Origin: an uncultured Bacteroidales bacterium
GTDB lineage: Bacteria; Bacteroidota; Bacteroidia; Bacteroidales; WCHB1-69
Length of the DNA stretch: 64,000 bases
Assembly: GCA_905233585.1 (NCBI GenBank)
Contig: CAJOFD010000008.1
Span: forward strand, 3,077-67,076
Direction of reading: 5' to 3'
Shown here piece after piece: positions 37,178 to 45,060 of this stretch. Every line of letters begins with the position of its first letter. The stretch's first letter is position 1. The position numbers and the translations under genes are program-made. The notes beneath the pieces were generated by a model, which saw only the letters and a list, made by a program, of their open reading frames with translations, ran no database searches and was not told the DNA's origin.

Positions 37178-37611
37178 TGAAAACATCTAAAATAGACATA
37201 GAAATCGTCCGCATGGATAATGATTACAATATCCATTTAATAATCAAGGCCAACATAAAAAAAAGAAATATTCGTCTTTTGATAGATACTGGGGCAACGC
37301 ATAGTTGTATCGCCAAGCATATTGCGGATGATATGGCGGCATTGGAAACCGAAGATGTGGATAAACTTCTGAATTTGAATGAAGAAATTACTGATATTGA
37401 ACAAAAAAAGATGATAAAAATACCACGTTTGCAAGTGGGAGATTTTTATATAAACAATTATTTTTATTTGATTACAGATTTGACACATATCAATATGATG
37501 TATGAAAATATGGATATTCAACCGATAGATGGACTATTAGGAAGTGATATTTTGTTGAAATACAATGCTTTGATAGATTATTCGAGAGCCATGATGATAT
37601 GGCAAAAATAG
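37174..37611 (+). CDS. retropepsin-like (clan AA) aspartic protease, cytoplasmic
   Basis: 145 aa. LLIDTGATHSCI (D-T-G active site) and GLLGSDILLKYNALIDY flap/dimer region. No signal peptide. Its start overlaps the radical SAM stop (ATGA). Confidence 0.7.
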   Translation: MMKTSKIDIEIVRMDNDYNIHLIIKANIKKRNIRLLIDTGATHSCIAKHIADDMAALETEDVDKLLNLNEEITDIEQKKMIKIPRLQVGDFYINNYFYLITDLTHINMMYENMDIQPIDGLLGSDILLKYNALIDYSRAMMIWQK

Positions 37612-37734
37612 AAATTTTCTTCTCCTGTTCTTTTGAAAAATGTGTTATTGACTCCAGCCATTTAATGGGAAAAAATAAACATTTTAATGTTAAAAAGTTG
37701 GTAAATGATTTATTTTGCCAACTTTCTTTTTTAA

Positions 37735-37742
37735 TAAATTTG
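37735..37742 (+). promoter_or_regulatory. Bacteroidota -7 promoter box (TAAATTTG)
   Basis: Matches TAnnTTTG, 59 nt upstream of the ftsK ATG at 37802. Confidence 0.45.
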
Positions 37743-37801
37743 CAAAATTAGGTTTTTTATATATAGAAGTTTACAATATCAGATAGTAATAAAAAGGGAA
37801 T

Positions 37802-40513
37802 ATGGCAAACAGAATGCGAACAACAACGCAGACATCAACGGCAGTTAGAGACAAAGAGGTGAGTCTGTTAAAGGAGGGGACTAAGTCTAAGAATAACAAA
37901 AAACAAGCAAAGGCAAACAAGAAAGCAAAGGAGAAAAGTGCTTCAAAACAATCTTCTTTGTCTTTGATTGCCTTTTTTCAAAAAGAACAAGTACGGGTTA
38001 TTGTAGGCTTGATTATGTTGTTTTTCACCCTGTTTTTGTTTGCTGCTTTTGTTTCTTTTTTATTTACTCACGAAACCGATGATGATATTTTCTCTCTGAA
38101 TTTGTTGTCCACTTTGCAAGCGAACAAATCGGCTGAAAACCATTTGGGTTTGTTTGGGGTATATTTTTCATTCCTATTCATCAAAATTGGTTTCGGAGTT
38201 GCTTCATTTGGCTTTCTGTTGCTGATGTTTTTGTATTCTATCAATTTGATAGCCCGCAAAAGATTATTGCCCTTGCTCAAAACAACTGTGTGGACGGTCG
38301 CCATCATTTTGTGGGTATCTACATTGTTGGCTTTTTTGTTCAGCAATTCTGCTATATGGTTAGGTGGAGAAATGGGCAGTGAGATTGTGGAGTTCTTAGA
38401 TGATAAAATAAAAAGTGTCGGCATATTCTTGTTGTTGTTGCTCTATTTGCTTTGTTTGATTGTTTTGCTTGGCGGTGTGAAATTGTTTGCCCGTAAAAAA
38501 GACCCAGAGACAACCGATGAATCCGAAATAAAAATGGAAAAAGAAACAGAGGAACCGTCTGCGGAAGGAAATGAAAAGGAACAACCTAAAATAGGTTTGT
38601 GGACTCGTTGGTTCGGTCAAAAAGATAAAGATATCGACGATGACGATAAACAAGAATCCGATACATCAATATTGGAAAAAGAAACTATCGAAGTTGAAGA
38701 AACGAAAAAAGAAAATGAAAATGAAAATGTAGAGGAACCACAATCACCCGATAAAAAAATAACGGTTCGAACAGTTGATTTACCTGAAGAGCCTCCCGTA
38801 CAAGAGGAGGAGGTGAAAGACGAACCGATAATAGATAATACCCCTCCAGAACCTGTTCCTCATATTTCTGGTGAAGATATTCTTATAGATGATATAAAAC
38901 CGCAGCAGTCAAGTGCTATTGAGAATGAAAACACTCCTGAAGATGAACCGATAGAGGAAAAAGAAAAAACGGCTTTTGATGTTGCTCAATTACCGCCATA
39001 CGATCCTCGTGCAGATTTGCTTGACTTTAAATTCCCAACGACAGACATGCTCGAGGATTATGTTCAGGAGACAAGGTCAAAAGAACAGAAATTGATAGAG
39101 ATTGGCAACAACAAGCAACGAATAAAAGATACTTTGTCGAACTATGGCATAGAAATATCTAGTATCAGTGCTACCGAGGGGCCGACTATCACCATGTATG
39201 AAATTGTGCCTGCTCCCGGTGTGCGTATTTCTAAAATCAAAGGATTGGAAGATGATATAGCTTTGAGTTTGTCGGCGTTGGGTATTCGTATTATTGCCCC
39301 GATACCAGGCAAAGGTACCATCGGTATAGAAGTGCCGAATGCCCATCCGCAAATTGTGCCGATGAAAGATGTGATAATGTCAGACAAATTCCAAAATGCA
39401 AACAAAATGGCATTGCCTGTGGCTATAGGAAAGACTATTTCCAATGAGGTTTTTGTTTTTGACTTGGCAAAAATGCCTCACGTGTTGATGGCGGGTGCTA
39501 CGGGACAAGGTAAGTCGGTCGGTTTAAATGCTGTTTTGACTTCTTTGTTGTACAAAAAACACCCAGCCGAATTGAAGTTTGTGTTGGTAGATCCCAAAAA
39601 GGTTGAATTGACGCTGTATTCCAAGATAGAACGGCACTATTTGGCCAAATTGCCAGATTCTGATGAGGCCATTATCACCGATACCCACAAGGTGGTGAAA
39701 ACATTGACTTCGTTGTGTAACGAGATGGACCAAAGATACGAGTTGCTCAAATCGGCTCAATGCAGAAACATTATCGAATATAACGAGAAATTCAAATCCA
39801 GACGACTAAATCCTGAAAAAGGGCATCGCTTTTTGCCATATATCGTTTTGGTGTTTGATGAGTTTGCCGATTGTATTATGACAGCAGGCAGAGAGGTGGA
39901 ACAGCCTATAGCACGGTTGGCACAATTGGCACGCGCCATAGGCATTCACTTGATTATAGCCACTCAAAGGCCGTCTGTTAATATAATTACGGGTGTAATA
40001 AAGGCCAATTTCCCTGCCAGAATAGCCTTTAGGGTTTCATCTTCGACAGATTCGCGTACCATATTGGATTCCACGGGGGCTCAAAACCTGATAGGGCGTG
40101 GCGATATGTTGATTTCTACGGGCAATGAACTCACTAGAGTGCAATGTGCTTTGGTGGATACGCCTGAGGTGGAGAAAATATGTGAGTTTATCGGAGAACA
40201 AAGAGGATATACTGGTGCATTCCATTTGCCGGAGGTGGTTGATGACAACAGCGGGGCTCAACAAGAGGTTGATGACGGTGAATTTGACCCTTGTTTTGCC
40301 GAAGCAGCACGTATGGTGGTACAAAACCAACAAGGCTCCACTTCGTTTTTGCAACGCAAGTTGAAATTGGGATACAATAGGGCAGGGCGTATTATGGACC
40401 AATTGGAACGTGAAAAGATAGTAGGTCCTTCCTTGGGTAGCAAAGTCAGAGAGGTGTATATAAAAGATGAGATGGCTTTGGACGAATTGTTGAAAAATTT
40501 GAATCTTTTGTAA
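37802..40513 (+). CDS. ftsK: DNA translocase FtsK
   Basis: 903 aa. N-terminal TM helices, an acidic low-complexity linker, the motor domain (PHVLMAGATGQGKS, LVFDEFAD, IATQRPS) and a C-terminal gamma wHTH (STSFLQRKLKLGYNRAGRIMDQLE). Confidence 0.92.
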   Translation: MANRMRTTTQTSTAVRDKEVSLLKEGTKSKNNKKQAKANKKAKEKSASKQSSLSLIAFFQKEQVRVIVGLIMLFFTLFLFAAFVSFLFTHETDDDIFSLNLLSTLQANKSAENHLGLFGVYFSFLFIKIGFGVASFGFLLLMFLYSINLIARKRLLPLLKTTVWTVAIILWVSTLLAFLFSNSAIWLGGEMGSEIVEFLDDKIKSVGIFLLLLLYLLCLIVLLGGVKLFARKKDPETTDESEIKMEKETEEPSAEGNEKEQPKIGLWTRWFGQKDKDIDDDDKQESDTSILEKETIEVEETKKENENENVEEPQSPDKKITVRTVDLPEEPPVQEEEVKDEPIIDNTPPEPVPHISGEDILIDDIKPQQSSAIENENTPEDEPIEEKEKTAFDVAQLPPYDPRADLLDFKFPTTDMLEDYVQETRSKEQKLIEIGNNKQRIKDTLSNYGIEISSISATEGPTITMYEIVPAPGVRISKIKGLEDDIALSLSALGIRIIAPIPGKGTIGIEVPNAHPQIVPMKDVIMSDKFQNANKMALPVAIGKTISNEVFVFDLAKMPHVLMAGATGQGKSVGLNAVLTSLLYKKHPAELKFVLVDPKKVELTLYSKIERHYLAKLPDSDEAIITDTHKVVKTLTSLCNEMDQRYELLKSAQCRNIIEYNEKFKSRRLNPEKGHRFLPYIVLVFDEFADCIMTAGREVEQPIARLAQLARAIGIHLIIATQRPSVNIITGVIKANFPARIAFRVSSSTDSRTILDSTGAQNLIGRGDMLISTGNELTRVQCALVDTPEVEKICEFIGEQRGYTGAFHLPEVVDDNSGAQQEVDDGEFDPCFAEAARMVVQNQQGSTSFLQRKLKLGYNRAGRIMDQLEREKIVGPSLGSKVREVYIKDEMALDELLKNLNLL

Positions 40514-40566
40514 CTTTGGAACGATTCTTTCATTGTCCATTTTAATAACATCAAAAAACAAATGAT

Positions 40567-41223
40567 ATGAAAAATTTAGGAATAATAGTTGGTCTGATTT
40601 TGTTTGCTGCAATATTGACAGCACAAACAAATACGAAAAAATATGTTGATACGGAGGCCGAGGCTGTTTTGGCAGCGGTACAGAAGAAAATGTCTTCGTA
40701 TACCAATGTGAAAATGGGCTTTTCGCTTCAATCGCAAAAGAACAATAAAATTTTGCAGGATATAAAAGGGACTTTGTTGGTAAAACAACAAAAATATATC
40801 TTGGAATTGGAAAACCTGAAGGTGTTCTGCAATGGTGAAACCGTTTGGACCTATCTCGTTGATGCCAAAGAAGTGAATGTGGCAGACTATGATTCTTTGA
40901 ACGAAGACCAACTAAACCCACTGCATTTGGTCAATACCTATAAGCAGAATTATACCGCAAAGTTCATCAGGGAAGAACCGCAACGCGGGGTGATGATGCA
41001 AATTATAGACCTCAGCCCCAAGAAAGCCTCGGCTATCGCCAAGGTGCGACTGATGATTAATAAAGACAAAAAACAAATCTACCGATTGATTGTCTCGGAA
41101 AAAGACGGTACAAGCCATACCTATTTTGTCGAAAGTTTTCTCGTCAACCAGCGGGTTGATGACACAAGGTTCACTTTTAATGCCGAGTTGTATCCCGATG
41201 TGGATTTAATTGATTTGAGATAA
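40567..41223 (+). CDS. lolA: LolA-like outer-membrane lipoprotein carrier protein
   Basis: 218 aa with signal peptide. Position directly after ftsK (ftsK-lolA synteny is widespread) and LolA-like beta-sheet pattern (KGTLLVKQQKYILE...FCNGETVWTY). Confidence 0.65.
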   Translation: MKNLGIIVGLILFAAILTAQTNTKKYVDTEAEAVLAAVQKKMSSYTNVKMGFSLQSQKNNKILQDIKGTLLVKQQKYILELENLKVFCNGETVWTYLVDAKEVNVADYDSLNEDQLNPLHLVNTYKQNYTAKFIREEPQRGVMMQIIDLSPKKASAIAKVRLMINKDKKQIYRLIVSEKDGTSHTYFVESFLVNQRVDDTRFTFNAELYPDVDLIDLR

Positions 41224-43697
41224 TGTTTGCAGGAGAATACAAGCGAAGGGGCAAACGCTTGGGGATTGTGTTTGCCGTATGGACAGCAATGCTGTTGTCT
41301 TTGTTCGCTTGTGTACCCGAACAAAAATTGACCGAAGGCGAATATTTGTTGGTCAAGAACAAAGTTACCGTAGATAAAAAAGTGGCGGGGGCAGATGATT
41401 TGGGGCATGTCGTGCGACCTCAAACCAACAAGCGTACCTTTGGTTTGTTCCTGATAAGGGTGAGTATTTTTCAGGCTATGCAATCGTCAGACGAGGAGGT
41501 GGATTCCCTACGTTTGCAAAAGAGAATGGCAAGGCGGAAGAAATACGGCAGATATGAGTTCTTGTTAGACACCCTTGCCAACGACTATTATGCACAAAAA
41601 TTTTCAGACTTCAAAGTGTGGATGCAGAACAATTTCGGTGAGGAACCCGTTTTGTTGGACACCACCCTGATAGCCTATTCCAAAGCACAATTGCGTCTGA
41701 TGATGGCCAACAACGGTTATTTCAATGCAAGTGTGAACCATCGGGTGAAATATGGCGATAACAGAGCCAAGGTTTTTTATGATATTACCGCCGGCGACCC
41801 CTATAAAATCAACGGAATATATTATCGCATTCAAGATAGTAGTATTGCCGCCCTTGTTTATGCCGATTCCAACCGAAGGGCTTTCCATTCAGGAGATATT
41901 TATTCGGTGTCGGCCTTGGAGGAGGAACAAAAACGTTTGTCCAATAGAATGTTGAACAGAGGTTATTTCTATTTCTCACAAAATTATGTCCGTTTTGAGG
42001 TGGACAGCAATTATAACAACAATACCTTAAACGTTTGTGTTGTCATAGATGACCCCAAATACAAAGTAAACGACACAACCATTGTGGAAGGGAAACACCG
42101 TCTTTTCAAGATAGACAGCATTGCTGTGTTTTCCGATTGGGAAAAACAAGGCAAAGACAAGGTGTTTGATTATTACGATGTATCAAAAAACAAAGACACT
42201 TCGGTTTATCGGATTCATTACAGCAATAAAAAAGATTATCTGTTCCGAGCCTTGGTCTATCCGTTGTATTTCAAGCCGGGGGATATGTATTCGTCTATGC
42301 GGTCGCGGCTGACATATGACAATTATGTGGATATGAAAAACTTTGATTTTGTCAAAGTGTCATATACCGAGACACCGTTCAGCAAGGAGAATTACACTTC
42401 CGATACGGGATATTTGAACTGTCGCATACAATTGAGCCGCAGCAAACGCCATAGTTTTGATGCCGATTTGTTACTCAAGGACAATGGGTCGCGGATAGGC
42501 TTTGGCGGCAACCTGACCTTAACCAATAAAAACACATTCAGGGGTGGGGAGATATTGACGATGGATTTGAAATATATGCATGAGATACGGGCTGACTCCA
42601 CGCATGACAATAATTTTGAGTTAGGGGCAACAATAGGTTTGGAAGCACCTTATTTTTGGTTTCCTATTCCACAAGACCGTATTCCGAAGACATTCCGTCC
42701 TAAAACACTTATCCAGCTTGGGGTGAATTATATGCGTCAGGATTTGTACGACAGGTTCCTTATCAATATGTCCTATACCTATCGTTGGCGTATGCGTATG
42801 CAGAAGTATAGAAGGGTGGTGATGGAAAATTCATTGTCTATCATGGATTTTAACTTGATAAAAATGTACACGGACGATAACTTTGAGGAGGTTATTTCCA
42901 GCTATAAATTCAAGAGACGTACCTTGGAGAAGTACAAAGACCACTTAATATTAGGCTCCATTTATTCATTTACGCTACAAGATCCCAACAAATATCAATT
43001 GCGGGCGCGTCTTGACGTGTTCGGCAACCTGATGTACGCCTTTATGAGTGCATTGGGGAGCAAGGCGGAAAGGAACAGTTTGAACCAATACACGATATGG
43101 AAGATACCGTTTGCGTGCGGTGTAACTTTTGACGCCGACTATGTACATAATTTGTTTCAAAGGAAAAAACAATCCATGGTATTCCGTTTTGCGATGGGGA
43201 TAGGTGTGCCTGTGTTGAACTCCACCTCGTTGCCGTTTGAAAAGAGTTTTTATTTGGGCGGTTCCAATTCTATGCGTGGTTGGCGATTGCGGGGCTTGGG
43301 GCCGGGCAGTTATGCTGACACCAATACCACATCGATGACGGTGGAGGCTGTCGGTGATGTGAAATTGGAATTCAACTTGGAATATCGTTTCCAAATCTAT
43401 AAGGTGTTGCATGGGGCGGTGTTTGCCGATGTCGGTAATGTTTGGTTGGTGCGTAAGCAGACCGATTTTCCCAACGGGGAGTTTGCCTTCAACCGTTTTT
43501 ACAAGGAATTGGCTTTTGATGCCGGCGTGGGGCTACGTTTGGATTTGTCATTTTTTGTGATACGTTTGGATTATGCACTCAAGTTGCACAATCCTGCCAA
43601 GTCGGGGTCGGCGGCATGGCAGCATTTCAAATGGGGGTCATACAAAGAGTTCAAGGCTGACAGAGCCATTGTGTTGGGAATTGGTTATCCATTTTAA
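41223..43697 (+). CDS. BamA/TamA-family outer membrane protein (surface antigen D15 barrel)
   Basis: 824 aa. The C-terminal barrel ends FYLGGSNSMRGW...GDVKLEFNLEYRF...GVGLRLD...IRLDYA...GIGYPF (terminal aromatic). Its start overlaps the lolA stop (TAATG). Confidence 0.75.
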   Translation: MFAGEYKRRGKRLGIVFAVWTAMLLSLFACVPEQKLTEGEYLLVKNKVTVDKKVAGADDLGHVVRPQTNKRTFGLFLIRVSIFQAMQSSDEEVDSLRLQKRMARRKKYGRYEFLLDTLANDYYAQKFSDFKVWMQNNFGEEPVLLDTTLIAYSKAQLRLMMANNGYFNASVNHRVKYGDNRAKVFYDITAGDPYKINGIYYRIQDSSIAALVYADSNRRAFHSGDIYSVSALEEEQKRLSNRMLNRGYFYFSQNYVRFEVDSNYNNNTLNVCVVIDDPKYKVNDTTIVEGKHRLFKIDSIAVFSDWEKQGKDKVFDYYDVSKNKDTSVYRIHYSNKKDYLFRALVYPLYFKPGDMYSSMRSRLTYDNYVDMKNFDFVKVSYTETPFSKENYTSDTGYLNCRIQLSRSKRHSFDADLLLKDNGSRIGFGGNLTLTNKNTFRGGEILTMDLKYMHEIRADSTHDNNFELGATIGLEAPYFWFPIPQDRIPKTFRPKTLIQLGVNYMRQDLYDRFLINMSYTYRWRMRMQKYRRVVMENSLSIMDFNLIKMYTDDNFEEVISSYKFKRRTLEKYKDHLILGSIYSFTLQDPNKYQLRARLDVFGNLMYAFMSALGSKAERNSLNQYTIWKIPFACGVTFDADYVHNLFQRKKQSMVFRFAMGIGVPVLNSTSLPFEKSFYLGGSNSMRGWRLRGLGPGSYADTNTTSMTVEAVGDVKLEFNLEYRFQIYKVLHGAVFADVGNVWLVRKQTDFPNGEFAFNRFYKELAFDAGVGLRLDLSFFVIRLDYALKLHNPAKSGSAAWQHFKWGSYKEFKADRAIVLGIGYPF

Positions 43698-43703
43698 TAC
43701 AAT

Positions 43704-44324
43704 ATGAAAACAATAGGAATAACGGGTATTATCGGTTCGGGCAAGAGTACCGTCTGCCATATCTTTGAGCATTTGGGCATACCGGTGTATTATAGTGACG
43801 GGCATGCCAAGCAGGCTTATCTCAATCCGCAGGTGCTGGAACGGGTGCAACAGGTCTTTGGGACGGCGGTGGCGGGTGCGGACGGACGTCTGGACATGGC
43901 TCGGTTGGCAGACATCGTCTTTGCCGACAAACAGAAGTTGCAACAACTCAACAGCATTGTCCACCCTTGGGTGAAGGAGGACTTCTTGGCATGGAAACAA
44001 CGGCAGAACGCCCCCTATATACTCTTCGAGTCGGCCATTATATTTGAATGCGGCTTTGAAGATTGGTTCGACGAGATAATTGTCGTCAATACACCTGAAA
44101 AAGAGATTGTCGAACGGGTGAAGGCGAGGAGTCATATTTCCCAAGCGGAAATACAACGGCGTTTGGATAACCAACAGATTATTCGCAGACATATCCCGGA
44201 GGTGCGCTTCGTGATAGATAATGCAGAACAAACCATGGTCTTGCCGCAGATATTGGCAATTGACAAAATCATTAGGGACGAATTGAGAAATCATCGGACA
44301 TCATATATACATATCGGAATTTAA
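43704..44324 (+). CDS. coaE: dephospho-CoA kinase
   Basis: 206 aa. P-loop IGITGIIGSGKSTV, IVHPWV and typical length. Confidence 0.85.
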   Translation: MKTIGITGIIGSGKSTVCHIFEHLGIPVYYSDGHAKQAYLNPQVLERVQQVFGTAVAGADGRLDMARLADIVFADKQKLQQLNSIVHPWVKEDFLAWKQRQNAPYILFESAIIFECGFEDWFDEIIVVNTPEKEIVERVKARSHISQAEIQRRLDNQQIIRRHIPEVRFVIDNAEQTMVLPQILAIDKIIRDELRNHRTSYIHIGI

Positions 44325-44356
44325 GATTGGTTATATTTAATTTAATTTTTTTTTGT

Positions 44357-44390
44357 AGAGATGCAGCATGCTGCGTCTCTGCTTTTTTTT
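44357..44390 (+). terminator. Rho-independent terminator after coaE
   Basis: Stem agagatgcag/ctgcgtctct (10 bp, one G-U) around a GCAGCATGCTGC palindrome, followed by gc and T8. Confidence 0.7.
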
Positions 44391-44396
44391 GTAAGG

Positions 44397-44421
44397 GGAC
44401 ACATTGAACGTGTCCGTTTTT
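44397..44421 (+). terminator. second terminator-like hairpin (tandem with previous)
   Basis: GGACAC-attgaac-GTGTCC followed by gTTTTT. Confidence 0.4.
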
Positions 44422-44596
44422 ATACAACTTTCTTTGATGTTATCAAATCAGACGCAGGCAGAGCATCCGATTTTATACAACTTTATTTGGTAAGCCCAAA
44501 GAAATGGTCTTCTGTCAGCCGTTTTTTTGTTCCATATATTAATATATAATGTATAATCATTTTCTGCAATACTGCCAAATCGGCGAAAAACATCAT

Positions 44597-44987
44597 TTGC
44601 TAACGCTTAGCAAGTCCCACTTTTAATAAAATTATATTTGCGGAAAGCTCCGCAAATACTATTTTTTATATTTTTATACTTGCGGAATGTTCCGCAAACA
44701 CTTCTTTTTGTATTTTCATTCTTGCGGGCGACCCGCAAATACTACTTTTTGTATTTTTATACTTGCGGAATGTTCCGCAAACACTTCTTTTTGTATTTTT
44801 GTTCTTGCGGGCGACCCGCAAATACTACTTTTTGTATTTTTATACTTGCGGAGTATTCCGCAAATACTTCTTTTTGTATTTTTGTTCTTGCGGGCGACCC
44901 GCAAATACTACTTTTTATATTTTTATACTTGCGGAGTATTCCGCAAGCACTTCTTTTTGTATTTTTGTTCTTGCGGGCGACCCGCAA
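44597..44987 (+). repeat. tandem array of 10 hairpin-containing 41/42-bp units; two unit types alternate (83-bp super-period)
   Basis: Unit starts are 44597, 44638, 44680, 44722, 44763, 44805, 44846, 44888, 44929 and 44971. Each unit is TTGCGG[A/G]-loop-[T/C]CCGCAA plus a T-rich tail (a[c/t]act[t/a]ctttttgtattttt[g/a]t[t/a]c). Type B (TTGCGGGCGACCCGCAA) is identical in 4 copies. Type A loops vary (aagc, atgt, atgt, gtat, gtat). The first unit is degenerate (TTGCTAAcgcTTAGCAA). Confidence 0.9.
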
Positions 44988-45010
44988 ACATCTAAATATA
45001 AAAAAAACGA

Positions 45011-45040
45011 TACAAAAAAAAGGCAGCCATTTGGCTGCCT
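45011..45040 (-). terminator. Rho-independent terminator of the 4027-aa gene
   Basis: 8-bp stem aggcagcc/ggctgcct with a 4-nt loop (45021-45040), followed on the minus strand by T8. It begins 21 nt past the stop codon. Confidence 0.75.
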
Positions 45041-45060
45041 AATTAAATAAATAGTTATTA

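Noticed and set aside
38500-39000. Acidic low-complexity stretch with ENENEN and EE/DD runs, considered as a separate repeat feature
   Set aside because: It is the normal variable linker between the FtsK membrane and motor domains, in frame within one ORF.
40037-40921. 294-aa antisense ORF spanning the ftsK 3' end and lolA
   Set aside because: It crosses an intergenic boundary of two well-supported sense-strand genes. It has a low-complexity, proline- and serine-rich sequence with no motifs, and the region has raised GC.
43638-44294. 218-aa antisense ORF opposite coaE
   Set aside because: coaE on the plus strand has a clear P-loop and family motifs. The antisense ORF is explained by the locally high GC.
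44361-44549. 62-aa ORF starting inside the coaE terminator
   Set aside because: Its start codon lies within the terminator stem and it runs through a second hairpin. It has no motifs and is most likely non-coding.
44597-44987. CRISPR array interpretation of the tandem hairpin repeats
   Set aside because: The whole 41/42-bp unit repeats, tail included, so there are no unique spacers. Two unit types alternate instead of one repeat. No cas genes lie within 64 kb. The unit length is too short to hold a repeat plus a spacer.
44763-44987. TATTTTTG (TAnnTTTG) matches in the tails of type A repeat units as real promoters firing into each type B hairpin
   Set aside because: No appropriately spaced -33 TTTG partner is present. 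The motif is a by-product of the T-rich tail and is absent from type B tails. It is kept only as a remote possibility.
44638-45050. Five overlapping ORFs (134, 102, 95, 76 and 62 aa) across the repeat array
   Set aside because: Their peptides are themselves periodic (for example FLYLRxxPQxLLFVF repeated) and occur in several frames and on both strands. They are open-frame artefacts of a stop-free tandem repeat.
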